Positions 37,121-47,436 of a stretch of 64,000 nucleotides of DNA are shown one piece after another (the stretch's first letter is position 1; each line of letters opens with the position of its first letter). Made by a program: the position numbers and the translations under genes. Origin of the DNA: Fibrobacterales bacterium (GTDB taxonomy: Bacteria; Fibrobacterota; Fibrobacteria; Fibrobacterales; JAOPTW01). The notes beneath the pieces are model-generated. The model made no database searches. It was not told where the DNA came from and was given only the letters and a program-made list of their open reading frames with translations. The stretch lies in contig JAOPTW010000011.1 of NCBI GenBank assembly GCA_051532035.1, positions 32,001 through 96,000 on the forward strand, written 5' to 3'.

Positions 37121-39760
37121 ATGGTTTATAGAAAACTAATGCCTTTATATATGTTGTTTTTCATATGTATCACTATTTCTTGCACTGAAAACTCAACATC
37201 TACAGCTGGAGCTTCACCAGAAGACATACCATCTTCAAGCTCTGAAATCGACCCCACAAAAGACATTGCCTTTGCAGCAAAAATTGTTCAGTCCGTAGGA
37301 CAACTACCTACGTGTGATGAAAGTCTATACGGACAACTCTATTTTGTTCTTTCAGAAGGTACTTTTCATGGGTGTATGGCCACGGGATATCAAGTAATTA
37401 ACTTTGCCGGACCACAGGGCGAAACTGGTGCACAGGGGACTTCGGGAACAAATGGAACATCCTGCAATGCACTATCTATAGCTGAAGGTATAGAAGTTGT
37501 TTGTGCTGGTATGGTTATGGATACTATACATAATGGAGTAGATGGTACTGACGGTGTAAATGGCCAAGATGGTACTGATGGCGCTGATGGAACAAATGGT
37601 ATGCATGGTACTCACGGCACAAACGGACTTAATGGGATCGATGGAAAAGATGGGATCGATGGCGCAAACGGGACATCATGTACTTCTCGGTCAATTATAG
37701 AAGGCACAGAAGTATTGTGTGCAGGTGTTGTTATTGATACAGTACGTCACGGACAAGATGGTTTTGCTGGTGTTGATGGTCAGGATGGTATAAATGGTGT
37801 TAATGGGGAATCTTGTAGCGCTCGTCCTATTACTGAGGGCATTGAAGTTTCTTGCGGTGGTATTATTATTGATACTCTTAATCAGGGTGTTGATGGTCAA
37901 GAAGGTCAAAAAGGTACGGACGGTATAAATGGTATCAACGGAACGAACGGCGTGGCTGGTAGAGATGGCAATGATGGGGCTGATGGAAGCAACGGAGTCA
38001 ATGGCTCTGATGGAGAAGATGGAGTAGAGGGTGCCGCTGGATATAATGGTATTGACGGTATTGATGGAGCCTCATGTACAGCGCGCACTATCTTAGAAGG
38101 TTTAGAAATTTCTTGTGGCAGCGTTGTAGTTGATACCATTCGTGATGGTACTGCTGGCCAAGATGGAGCAGATGGTCAAGATGGTGTAGCTGGTCAGGAT
38201 GGAGTTGACGGTCAAGATGGTGTAGCTGGACAAAATGGAGTTGACGGTCAAGATGGAGCAGATGGTCAAAATGGTGTAGCTGGTCAGGATGGAGTTGACG
38301 GTCAAGATGGTGTAGCTGGACAAAATGGAGTTGACGGTCAAGATGGAGTAGATGGTCAAGATGGAGTAGATGGTCAAGATGGTGTAGCTGGTCAAGATGG
38401 TTCAGATGGCCACAACGGTCGAGATGGTTTGTCTTGTAGTGTTAATGCGATCGAAGAAGGTGTTGTTATTTATTGTCCTCGACTGGGCTATGATACATTG
38501 TATCATGGAGAAGAGGGAATACAAGGTCTCCAAGGACAGGCAGGCGATTCATGTATGGCTTATCCTATTGCTGAAGGTTCAGAAATTTACTGTGGCAATA
38601 GAGTTGTTGATACTATTTATAATGGAGTAGATGGTGTCGATGGTGTCGATGGTCAAGATGGTGTGGCTGGTCAGGATGGAGTTAACGGTCAAGATGGTGT
38701 AGCTGGTCAGGATGGAGTTGACGGTCAAGATGGTGTCGATGGTCAAAATGGTACTGATGGTGCTAGTATAGAATGGTTAGGTGCACTTGTTACACCTCCA
38801 AATACTCCTTTTCTGAATCAGGCTTTTTATTGGTCTACAATGGGTATTTCGTGTATTTGGGCTGGCAATTCATGGGAATTAATTTCAAAAGATGGTGGAG
38901 TAACTGTGACTACTTGCGAAGCTGCTAATGATAGAAATGCAATGGCTCCATCAAGAGCTTCAAACTCATGGGATGAGCTAAAACTTGGTGATTTTTACCT
39001 ACTCAATAATCGTTGGGGCTCAGATGCAACTCAATGTGGGTCAGACTATGAAATTTATGTTGCTGATGATTATACTTTTGGGTGGGAATTTAGTAGACCT
39101 TCTTGTGGTACAGAAAGGCAGCAGGATAGGTATCCAGATTATCCATCAATAGTTATTGGGGCATCACCTTTCGAAAAAGTTGAAAGTGATCCAGCCCCTT
39201 TTAAATCATCTACCGATCTTTTACCTATACAGGTTGGAGATATTGTTTCTGCCCAATTAGAGATCGATGCATTAAATTTGATTCTTGCACAGGACAATCG
39301 TTGGATTGTTTCATTAGAATTATGGTTGAGCCGTGAAGACCCAACAATAAATCGTCAACCAGACCCTGAAGTACAATTGTTATTAATTTTTGGGTGGTCC
39401 GATGAATGGTGGCCTTGTAATCAAACAGTTGGGAGGTTTGCTGAAAATCTTGAACTTACTACTGGTGCACATGATTTTACTCTCTGCCAACAAGAAGATG
39501 ACTGGGGAGGATGGAGTTACTTTCAGTTTCGTGCAGGTGATGGTACCGATGCCTTTTCTCAACAATCTATCAATGGAATAATTGATCTAAAAGCTGCTAT
39601 TGATTGGTTAGTCGCTCATGCGGGAGTATCAACTGACTATTATGTTTCTATGCTCACATTAGGTACAGAAATTGATAATAATACTGATGGAGTTGTGACT
39701 ATTGCCGATCTGACTCTCGAAGTGAATTCTGAATATGGTGGTATTGAGTTTGGTAATTAA
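37121..39760 (+). CDS. Collagen-like (Gly-X-Y) lipoprotein with Cys-containing spacer modules and a C-terminal GH12-like domain
   Basis: Lipobox 'TISC'; long GxD/GxN triplet runs split by 'SC....EG.E..C....DT' modules; C-terminal 'NNRWG', 'YPSI..G', 'LPIQV', 'GTEI'. ATG 37121 follows GAGGA. Confidence 0.75.
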   Translation: MVYRKLMPLYMLFFICITISCTENSTSTAGASPEDIPSSSSEIDPTKDIAFAAKIVQSVGQLPTCDESLYGQLYFVLSEGTFHGCMATGYQVINFAGPQGETGAQGTSGTNGTSCNALSIAEGIEVVCAGMVMDTIHNGVDGTDGVNGQDGTDGADGTNGMHGTHGTNGLNGIDGKDGIDGANGTSCTSRSIIEGTEVLCAGVVIDTVRHGQDGFAGVDGQDGINGVNGESCSARPITEGIEVSCGGIIIDTLNQGVDGQEGQKGTDGINGINGTNGVAGRDGNDGADGSNGVNGSDGEDGVEGAAGYNGIDGIDGASCTARTILEGLEISCGSVVVDTIRDGTAGQDGADGQDGVAGQDGVDGQDGVAGQNGVDGQDGADGQNGVAGQDGVDGQDGVAGQNGVDGQDGVDGQDGVDGQDGVAGQDGSDGHNGRDGLSCSVNAIEEGVVIYCPRLGYDTLYHGEEGIQGLQGQAGDSCMAYPIAEGSEIYCGNRVVDTIYNGVDGVDGVDGQDGVAGQDGVNGQDGVAGQDGVDGQDGVDGQNGTDGASIEWLGALVTPPNTPFLNQAFYWSTMGISCIWAGNSWELISKDGGVTVTTCEAANDRNAMAPSRASNSWDELKLGDFYLLNNRWGSDATQCGSDYEIYVADDYTFGWEFSRPSCGTERQQDRYPDYPSIVIGASPFEKVESDPAPFKSSTDLLPIQVGDIVSAQLEIDALNLILAQDNRWIVSLELWLSREDPTINRQPDPEVQLLLIFGWSDEWWPCNQTVGRFAENLELTTGAHDFTLCQQEDDWGGWSYFQFRAGDGTDAFSQQSINGIIDLKAAIDWLVAHAGVSTDYYVSMLTLGTEIDNNTDGVVTIADLTLEVNSEYGGIEFGN
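38150..38410 (+). repeat. Collagen-coding tandem repeats (9-bp units with a 90-bp higher-order period)
   Basis: AGATGGAG(C/T)A recurs at 38161, 38251 and 38341. Confidence 0.85.
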
Positions 39761-39927
39761 TTTCCTTTTATTTTATCTCTAAGAACCAATAGATCAAGGC
39801 AAGGGCATTCCTTGTCCCCAGTCTGTACTTTATACAAGGAGCCCCCAAAAAAGGGGCTGTTATGTTGCTATCTTATTCTCACCATTCAGCTTTTTGGCAA
39901 ATGGCCGTAGAATAAAGGAATAATACA

Positions 39928-40752
39928 TTGAATACACAAACGCTGAAAATACCTAATGCACCTCAATCCATTCAAAAAGGGGTTCCTTTAAAGTTACTCT
40001 TAGACCAAGAGGCTATTGCCCAATTAGCAGAAAATTTTCAAATGGTGTATTCTGAATTTGATACAGCTGGTTTTGTGAAACACGCTATGGAAAATATTAC
40101 TCCTCTTGGTATAAAAGAGAGAGGTGTACATATCTCTAAAGTAATGAAAGAATATTTGCCGAATAAATATTCTGATGCAATTAATGTTATTCTTAAATCA
40201 CTCACTCCACCTTTAGATAAGACAGAAGGAAATGGGTTGGCAGGTATGTTTTATATGCCGCATTGCAGTTTCATTGCTCAATACGGACTTGATAACTTTG
40301 ATATTTCTATGCATGCTCAATATGAGTTAACGAAACGGTTTACCTGTGAATTCTCAATGCGTCCATACATTAATGATGATGAAAAAAGAACTATGGATGT
40401 TCTATATACATGGATGAACGATACTGACCCACATGTGAGACGGTTATGCTCTGAAGGGACCAGACCTCGATTGCCTTGGGCAACTAAAATAAACTCTTTT
40501 GTTAAAGACCCCAGTCCTACCATTATTATTTTAAATCATTTAAAAAATGATACCGATTTATATGTGAGAAGAAGCGTTGCCAATCATGTTGGCGATATCG
40601 CCAAAGACCATTTAGAACTTGCTTTAGAATTGTGTGAGGAGTGGTTAGTAGGGGCAGATACTCATCTAAAATGGGTAATTCGTCATGCGCTACGAAATCC
40701 CGCAAAAAAAGGGAATGTAACGGCTTTAGAAATCAGAAAGAATGCAGTATAG
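39928..40752 (+). CDS. DNA alkylation repair glycosylase (AlkC/AlkD HEAT-repeat family)
   Basis: 'ELTKRFTCEFSMRPY', 'HVRRLCSEGTRPRLPW', 'YVRRSVANHVGDIAKD'. Confidence 0.88.
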   Translation: MNTQTLKIPNAPQSIQKGVPLKLLLDQEAIAQLAENFQMVYSEFDTAGFVKHAMENITPLGIKERGVHISKVMKEYLPNKYSDAINVILKSLTPPLDKTEGNGLAGMFYMPHCSFIAQYGLDNFDISMHAQYELTKRFTCEFSMRPYINDDEKRTMDVLYTWMNDTDPHVRRLCSEGTRPRLPWATKINSFVKDPSPTIIILNHLKNDTDLYVRRSVANHVGDIAKDHLELALELCEEWLVGADTHLKWVIRHALRNPAKKGNVTALEIRKNAV

Positions 40753-40878
40753 GCTTATTATAGACAATAGTATCTCCCGTTATTTCACCCATACCGTCAT
40801 TTTTGAACCTTCTTGCAAAGCTACTTAACAATTTTTAGATTTGTACCGAGACAATTGATCACCAAGAGAGAAGAGACT

Positions 40879-41478
40879 ATGAGTTTTATACAATCAATGC
40901 AGACTCGGTATACTACCAAAACATACGATGCTTCAAAAGGTATCGACCCAAGTCAGATTGAAGCATTAAAAAATATTTTACACTTGAGCCCCTCGTCAAT
41001 AAATAGCCAACCGTGGAAGTTTACTTTCGTATCAGATCCCGATACCAAACAAAAGCTGGCTGAGGCTTCTTTTTTCAATGCGCCAAAAGTTCTTGATAGT
41101 CATACTGTTATTGTGTTTAATAGAATTGATTCGGTGCCGTTATTTGAAGAGATCATCAATAGCGATCTTCCTGAAGGCGCTTTAGGGTATTACAAAAATT
41201 TCATTCAACCGCTGCCCGATGCAGAAATCTTAGCATGGTTTGACAAACAAGTTTACTTGGCTCTGGGTGTGTTATTAAGTGCATGCGCCGAAATGAATAT
41301 CGATACTACTTCGATGGAAGGTATTGAAACTGAAAAATATGATGCAATTCTAAAGAATGACAAATACACTGCACTTATGGCTGTAGCAATTGGTACCAGA
41401 GATGCGAATGATTCTAATCAACCGCATCTTAATCCAAAGTCACGCAGAGCGATAGACACAATTATTGAAGTAATTTAA
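40879..41478 (+). CDS. Oxygen-insensitive NAD(P)H nitroreductase (NfsB-like)
   Basis: 'RYTTKTYD', 'SPSSINSQPWKF', 'KQVYLALG', 'MEG', 'PKSR'. Confidence 0.9.
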   Translation: MSFIQSMQTRYTTKTYDASKGIDPSQIEALKNILHLSPSSINSQPWKFTFVSDPDTKQKLAEASFFNAPKVLDSHTVIVFNRIDSVPLFEEIINSDLPEGALGYYKNFIQPLPDAEILAWFDKQVYLALGVLLSACAEMNIDTTSMEGIETEKYDAILKNDKYTALMAVAIGTRDANDSNQPHLNPKSRRAIDTIIEVI

Positions 41479-41534
41479 AGGCAAACCGAGCATACTGGTA
41501 TAGTATACTTAATGGTCTTTTGAAAACAAAATAT

Positions 41535-41566
41535 GAGAGTGGGGTTGGCTTTGTTCCACTCTCTTT
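41535..41566. terminator. Hairpin between convergent genes (probable terminator)
   Basis: GAGAGTGG...CCACTCTC inverted repeat. Confidence 0.5.
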
Positions 41567-41595
41567 ATATTTCTAGTACCGTCTATATACTCCAC

Positions 41596-43224
41596 TTACT
41601 CCACCTGATCATAACAGATAGCATCAAAAGGAGTACCCGGTACCGCTGAACGGCCGGTAGTAATAACAATAGAGTCAGACATATCAAAGGTTATGTTTGA
41701 GACAATGGAAGTGGGCTTACCATTCTGTAAGGCCGTAACCGATACATTGTTAGCGCCTTTACTGAATTTGATATCAGACCCTTTCACCTGCATGATATGC
41801 GGCGCGAGCATTACATCCGGCGGTACTTCAAAAAGAGGGAGGTCGGTAGATATGAACCAATCATCGGTTGTTGTGTTTTTCACTTCTATCTCTCTCGGCT
41901 TATCTGTTTGGATAGCACTTTCTAAAATTTGATTAAAAATACCTTCTATCTGATCAGCATCAGAGAGTGCTTTAAAAAATCCATTTGTTTTTTCGGCCAT
42001 AGCAACGAGTGGCTCATACCTTGAATTTTGTAATCCTATGTAGTATATCTCAGGATAATTTGTTGAATCTTGTTTCGCAATATAATTATCAAGCTTGGTA
42101 AGATCTTCTTCATAAGGGTTTCCATCAGTGAAGAACAATATCACCTGTCTGTTAGGAGATTCAGTAGAGATAATATCACTCCAATCTTTTGCAAGAACGA
42201 GGGACGATTTAAAACTCGTTCCCACAGAATCATTATACTCACCACAATTCATGGTACTTTCAAAGAGTTCGAAGTCATAGGTTGCTTTCTTTTTAAGTTT
42301 GTCAAGGTGAGCTGCATTAGAGAGTTTATCGGGCATTACGAGACTATTATAGGTACTCACCGCTTCCCCATTACATACTCCCGCAGCAAACCCAAAATAT
42401 GCGACATTGGATTTCGGTACTCGTGCGGTGAGTGTATCAATCGCTTTTACCACGGCAACAGAGGTGAGCATATCGGGATCATACTTTCTCATAGACATAC
42501 TTCTATCAATAACAAAGGTGATATCGATAGGGTCGTTGAGCACGTTCTTTAGAGGGAGACACATATTCAGACCGTTTTCACTTATGGAGCGTATGTTACT
42601 CGGTAGGGTATAGGTACTTATGATATCTGACTCGAATGATACACAGGAGTCATTCTGTGTCGCTAGTTCACAGCGATATGCAAGACATACAGAGAGCCCA
42701 GAACACTCATCATCAGCGCAGTCAATGTCACCGTCATCATCATTATCAAGACCATCGATACAGAGAATTGTTGTATTTTCTCTGTCGGGGAGGCACGCTG
42801 CTATACCACTACAATCCATGTCATCACAATCAATGGCACCATCGTCATCATTATCTACTAAGTCTGTGCATGTTTTGTGGGTGTTTTCTCCATCGGGTAA
42901 ACAAACATCAATTGCCTTGCAGTTTAAATCGTCACAGTCTATTTTATTATCACCATCATTATCAATTCCATCACTGCAGAGTTCTTTGGTGTTTTCATGT
43001 AATATTTCATTAGCTAAGAGTACACAGTATCGATCTGCATCACAGTCACTGTCGTCACAATCAATATAACCATCGGAGTCATTATCAATTAAGTCGTCAC
43101 ACAGAGTTTCACTGGGTTTAATATCTTTTTTCATAGATAATTTTAAATTATCATCTTGATCGGAAATACAATTACTCAAAACTAATTGTATGAGTACCAT
43201 TAAAAACAACTTTCCCTTAATCAT
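41596..43224 (-). CDS. Lipoprotein with four Cys/Asp-rich Ca-binding-type repeats and a vWA domain
   Basis: Four copies of 'C.D..DND.DG.IDC.D.DC'; MIDAS 'DRSMS' and 'FFTDG'. Confidence 0.85.
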   Translation of the reverse strand: MIKGKLFLMVLIQLVLSNCISDQDDNLKLSMKKDIKPSETLCDDLIDNDSDGYIDCDDSDCDADRYCVLLANEILHENTKELCSDGIDNDGDNKIDCDDLNCKAIDVCLPDGENTHKTCTDLVDNDDDGAIDCDDMDCSGIAACLPDRENTTILCIDGLDNDDDGDIDCADDECSGLSVCLAYRCELATQNDSCVSFESDIISTYTLPSNIRSISENGLNMCLPLKNVLNDPIDITFVIDRSMSMRKYDPDMLTSVAVVKAIDTLTARVPKSNVAYFGFAAGVCNGEAVSTYNSLVMPDKLSNAAHLDKLKKKATYDFELFESTMNCGEYNDSVGTSFKSSLVLAKDWSDIISTESPNRQVILFFTDGNPYEEDLTKLDNYIAKQDSTNYPEIYYIGLQNSRYEPLVAMAEKTNGFFKALSDADQIEGIFNQILESAIQTDKPREIEVKNTTTDDWFISTDLPLFEVPPDVMLAPHIMQVKGSDIKFSKGANNVSVTALQNGKPTSIVSNITFDMSDSIVITTGRSAVPGTPFDAICYDQVE

Positions 43225-43421
43225 AATACCCCTCGATGCATGCATATTGTCTGTGAACAATTAAATATATATTGTTGAGAATCAATCAACGTGCGACTTA
43301 CACTGATATTTGGGTTGTTAAGAATGTTTTACTTTTGCGAACTGTTTGAGTACAATTGGGGCGTATGGTGAGTTGCTTATTATGGCCCGAACTTCTCAGT
43401 TGTGAGTGGGAGGTCCATTAC

Positions 43422-44585
43422 TCATTCAATAATTTTCGCATCAATTAACTGATAACTATACTGCTTATTTTCACTTTTGAATACAATATGATAGATACCG
43501 AGTGTATCAATTCTTATGGATGATTCATTGACATTTACTTCACCGTCATCATTATTATCGCCATAATAGTTTTCAATGTGATCATAATGATTGAATTTAA
43601 ACCGGGGCTCCGCTTCAACAGTATCTTGAGTAAAATCAACATAGATCTCCCATACGCCACTATCATCAATTAATTCAGTCATAGGAGTGTGCTTCCAATT
43701 GTTGAGATTCGAATGAAAGAATGCTGTTTGCCATCCAAACCCTGTTGGTTCATATTTCCAATCGGTATCATCACCAGCAGGATGATACCAAAGACTTGAT
43801 GAAATGATATCGGGTCGATGATCGATAGTGTACTCTTTGGTGAGTGAATTAAACGTGATTTTATATTTAAATGTAGAATCAACACGTATTGAAGAGCCAT
43901 GTAACGCCGCGACACCTTCAATCCCAGAAAGACCATAATTATGGGGTACGGTATCAATATCAACGGTACCTTCATTGCCGTAGCGACTTATTTTGAAGCG
44001 TGGATCAGATGAACTATTAAAGTTTGCGTAGATTTCCCAAGTATACGGACTGGTGCTTGTCATGGGGGTAGATTTCCAGTCGTTCAGAGTTCCTTTGATG
44101 TAGCATGTAGCCCATAGAGATTCAGAGGTGTCATTTACTGGCTCTAGTTTCCATGGGTTGTTTATTACGCGTTTTAATAGGAGTGGCTGTGGAGAAATAC
44201 TGCTCGAAGACTCAGGAAAAGGATCAGATGACAAAAAGGGGGTGGTGCTCGATGGGGGCGATGATGATGATGAGATGGAGGATGATGGGTATATTGAGGA
44301 TGAAGAAATGGGTGGTATCACACTCGATGAGGAACTTAAAGGGGGAATCACTTGTGAGCTTGAAAGAGTAGTAATTAATGAGTCTTTACTTGATAGAGTA
44401 TCGGGGCGAGTGGAAGAAGAGGGCACTAGAGTCGGTGTTTGGGGTATGTTTGATGAAAGTGACACTATTATTGTTGAGGATGATAGTTCAGAGAGGGTAT
44501 CAATTGTGTGTAATTCATCGACACAGCTTGAAAAAAAGATACTCAGTACAGTGAGACTGATTGATATGACGGAGTGGGTATGCAT
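43422..44585 (-). CDS. Lipoprotein with Ser/Pro-rich linker and two SusE/F- or X25-like beta-sandwich domains
   Basis: Lipobox 'FSSC'; duplicated 'LN.WK.TPMT....WEIY..F......RFK......YG' domain. Confidence 0.6.
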   Translation of the reverse strand: MHTHSVISISLTVLSIFFSSCVDELHTIDTLSELSSSTIIVSLSSNIPQTPTLVPSSSTRPDTLSSKDSLITTLSSSQVIPPLSSSSSVIPPISSSSIYPSSSISSSSSPPSSTTPFLSSDPFPESSSSISPQPLLLKRVINNPWKLEPVNDTSESLWATCYIKGTLNDWKSTPMTSTSPYTWEIYANFNSSSDPRFKISRYGNEGTVDIDTVPHNYGLSGIEGVAALHGSSIRVDSTFKYKITFNSLTKEYTIDHRPDIISSSLWYHPAGDDTDWKYEPTGFGWQTAFFHSNLNNWKHTPMTELIDDSGVWEIYVDFTQDTVEAEPRFKFNHYDHIENYYGDNNDDGEVNVNESSIRIDTLGIYHIVFKSENKQYSYQLIDAKIIE

Positions 44586-44594
44586 AGTGGTTCC

Positions 44595-46121
44595 TTAAAA
44601 ATTATAGGTTAGAGCGATATGAAAGGTATTTCTTTTATGAATATATAAGGTTGGTTGGGTATCACTGAAGGTTTTAGAAAATAATGCATAGCCCGCTGTT
44701 GCTGTAATGGCAATTTTTTGTGTAATATAGAGATGGAGCTCGGAGACTATTTCAAAATCTTGTGAATAGATATAGGTACCTTGATGTTTACCAACGAGCC
44801 CAAAACAGTAATACGAACCCAATGAAATTGCACCTTTTTGATTGAAGATGCGGGGAGAAGTGAATCCTAGTCCAATTTTTGTCCAGTATTGCCGCTCTTC
44901 ACTCTGGTTAAATTGTAGGTCTTGTGCAAGATACCACAGAGGCACTGGGTATACTTTGATTGAACTTTTTACTGATCCATCTAATGAGAGTGCTTTAGCG
45001 AGGGTGACTGTTATGTATGAATGGGGAGGTTTGATTGGAGCAGTTTTTTGAACTGTTCCTTTATAGTAGGCGATAGATATAGGGAGTGTGTGAAGGTCTG
45101 TAGAGTATATTTCTTTCTGTTCACGGCGTCGCACAACAAATGAATGAGAGCGGGTGGTCTCTTCGTTCTTCTGATAGAGGGTATAGTTTCCGGGGTTTAA
45201 TGCAATAGAGAGGGGAATGCGTGATCGTTTGGTTAGGTCGGCAACGATGAGATTATCTCTATTGGCAATGGTAATACTGCCCATAAGGTGTGAATCGAGA
45301 ATGATTCCAGAGCCAGAGCGATTGAGGTCTGTAAGAATGAGGTCGCCTTCGAGTTTCATGTTAAATTCAGCATTGGGGTGTTGTGAGGTGCCGAAAAATG
45401 ATTGAGACTGTATCAGAGTATTGTGGTAAGCATAGGTATAGGCTTCCATGAGTGAGACTTTATTGTCACCCGATACATCTGCAGCCCCTCGTAATCCATT
45501 AGTAAAATAGTGTGTGAAATACGAACTGCCCAATTGATCAGATTCATGGGAGAGCTCATTATGAGCGCTCGATGAAATAAGGATAGTCCCTTCGGCAGTA
45601 ATGCTTTGGTTTATGGCTACGGGGGCAACCTTTTTTACCCCTTTTTTGCGGATGAGCGATCCACTTTCACAGGCATCAAAAAAACCGATTTTTACCCGAG
45701 CAGGTATTTCCTTAAAGAGACGCGCAAATTGATGATAGGTAAATGAGGTAGAGCCAAGTTTCATCCTATGAGAATCGCCATGGCCCGAAAAATAGAATAT
45801 AAAAACAGCAGGTTCTGATGTGGACTTATTGTGTAGTGCGATCGTTGATTGCATCTGATTAAATGCTGTGATAACTTCTTTTTTTGTGGGAGACTTGAGG
45901 AGTGTTATGTTTTTGGGTTGTAAAAAACCAAAGTGAGAAAATATGGAAGATATTTTCTCAGCATCCTTTTCAGAGTATTTAAGCTTGGCATCTGATGGAT
46001 CACCTTGGTTATGACCAATAAAAAGACCGTAGTGTGTTGAAGCGTGGACAGGGAGTATCGCCATAACAAAGAGAATAGTTATACTGGTTATAAAGAGTCG
46101 GCTCAATTTATTTTTTCTCAT
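44595..46121 (-). CDS. Secreted caspase-family (peptidase C14) protein with a C-terminal beta-rich domain
   Basis: Signal peptide; 'LKYSEKDA', catalytic dyad 'FYFSGHG' and 'DACESG'; 'SYFTHYFTNGLRGAAD..GD.KVSL.EAY.Y'. Confidence 0.88.
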   Translation of the reverse strand: MRKNKLSRLFITSITILFVMAILPVHASTHYGLFIGHNQGDPSDAKLKYSEKDAEKISSIFSHFGFLQPKNITLLKSPTKKEVITAFNQMQSTIALHNKSTSEPAVFIFYFSGHGDSHRMKLGSTSFTYHQFARLFKEIPARVKIGFFDACESGSLIRKKGVKKVAPVAINQSITAEGTILISSSAHNELSHESDQLGSSYFTHYFTNGLRGAADVSGDNKVSLMEAYTYAYHNTLIQSQSFFGTSQHPNAEFNMKLEGDLILTDLNRSGSGIILDSHLMGSITIANRDNLIVADLTKRSRIPLSIALNPGNYTLYQKNEETTRSHSFVVRRREQKEIYSTDLHTLPISIAYYKGTVQKTAPIKPPHSYITVTLAKALSLDGSVKSSIKVYPVPLWYLAQDLQFNQSEERQYWTKIGLGFTSPRIFNQKGAISLGSYYCFGLVGKHQGTYIYSQDFEIVSELHLYITQKIAITATAGYALFSKTFSDTQPTLYIHKRNTFHIALTYNF

Positions 46122-46845
46122 AGGTTAACACTGATACAGAGTGGTTTTTAAATAGTGGAGAGAGCCTATCGTACAGAGTCCCATTGGTCAGTGGTTGGAT
46201 GGCAGTTTTACTCAATGATTGTATGGTATCAAGCATAAGTAATGGATCAAATATTTCTGGAGCAGCAAGGGCAATAAGGGCTTCTTTACCAATATACCCA
46301 TCAAGCTCTAAGGCAAAAGGGAGAGGGGTGCCATCACTTGCAGGCATGTGGAGCACTTGCGTACTGGTGATACATTCAACAGAGCCTGACTGATTGAGTA
46401 GATAAAAATGAATATAATTCGCTGTGTCTGAGGAGTAAAAAGGTTGTATTTTGTTTTTTTCAGCAAGGATGCTTCCAGAGATAACGGGGGAAAAGGTTCC
46501 TTGGTGCTCCAAGTAGTAACTGATAGAAAATGAGAGACTTTTCGAACGAACCGCTACCTGTGGAGTGGCGTTTGTATCAAAGGGAGAGGTGTCACTGAAA
46601 GAAATTATTGCAGTGCCCGTAATAGTAATACCAATGAGTACCATGAGCGTAGAGACTGTTTGCAACCATTTTATATTGAATAGTAGTATTGGTCCTTTTT
46701 TCGAAACGGTCTGTTGCTGTGTGAGTTGTTCATTGGCTATTTGATCAACAACATTTTTAAGTATATGCTCAGGTGCTTTAACTGAAGTGCGTTTCATCGT
46801 TCCATATGCCTGTAACAGGTCTTCTGTATCGCGGTTGTTATTCAT
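46108..46845 (-). CDS. Probable single-pass anti-sigma factor with a periplasmic DUF4384-like domain
   Basis: Overlaps the end of the ECF sigma gene; one TM segment, then 'VRSK', and 'LPFALELDG..G.E'. Confidence 0.6.
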   Translation of the reverse strand: MNNNRDTEDLLQAYGTMKRTSVKAPEHILKNVVDQIANEQLTQQQTVSKKGPILLFNIKWLQTVSTLMVLIGITITGTAIISFSDTSPFDTNATPQVAVRSKSLSFSISYYLEHQGTFSPVISGSILAEKNKIQPFYSSDTANYIHFYLLNQSGSVECITSTQVLHMPASDGTPLPFALELDGYIGKEALIALAAPEIFDPLLMLDTIQSLSKTAIQPLTNGTLYDRLSPLFKNHSVSVLTYEKK

Positions 46846-47389
46846 AACATTCCCATATTTTCTTTAGATGAATACATTTTTTTAGGTTCTTTTTTGCTCT
46901 GACAATACGAGACTTTAAAGTGCCGATTGTCAGTGATGCTGTATCTGACGCTTGCTCATAAGAGAGTTGTTGTACATAGATAAGCTCAATTACTTCGGCT
47001 TGATCAGTAGAGAGATGCGCTATGCTTTGCTCGATCTGTTTGTTGATGAGTGGATCACTTTCTAAGGTTATCGGAGTAGAGATTGAATCATCAAATTCGA
47101 CAGCCTTAGCTTGGTTTGCGTTTTTTCTGAAATAATCCATGGTACAGTTTTTGGATATCTTTAAAATCCATCCATGAAAAGACCCTTTTGTACCATCAAA
47201 AAGGGACAGTTTTCGGTAAATCTTAATGAGGGCGTCTTGTAAAATGTCTTGTGCTGCGTTTTCTTCTTTAACAATGGTCAATATATAGGAGTATAACATA
47301 TGCTGGTACTCTTCCATAAGGGTACCAAAAACCTCTCTATTGCCATTTAAAATTGAGCGGATAGAGAGTATAGAGTGTTCTTCATTCAT
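46838..47389 (-). CDS. ECF (sigma-70 group 4) RNA polymerase sigma factor
   Basis: 'AQDILQD..IKIYRKL', 'F.GWI..I.KN...DY.RK', region 4 'LSYEQ......IGT.KSRI.RAK'. Start moved to ATG 47389. Confidence 0.92.
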   Translation of the reverse strand: MNEEHSILSIRSILNGNREVFGTLMEEYQHMLYSYILTIVKEENAAQDILQDALIKIYRKLSLFDGTKGSFHGWILKISKNCTMDYFRKNANQAKAVEFDDSISTPITLESDPLINKQIEQSIAHLSTDQAEVIELIYVQQLSYEQASDTASLTIGTLKSRIVRAKKNLKKCIHLKKIWECYE

Positions 47390-47436
47390 AAGCAGGTATA
47401 GACCAAAATAATTACGTAAAACAGTTGAATAATAGG

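Noticed and set aside
38150..38760. Short periodic repeats as CRISPR or satellite DNA
   Set aside because: They encode Gly-X-Y collagen triplets within an ORF; the antisense 'SILT' ORF is a shadow
44595..46121. Caspase as a CBASS, type III CRISPR or Avs death effector
   Set aside because: It has a signal peptide and sits in an ECF sigma operon, with no cyclase, gasdermin, STAND or cas genes nearby
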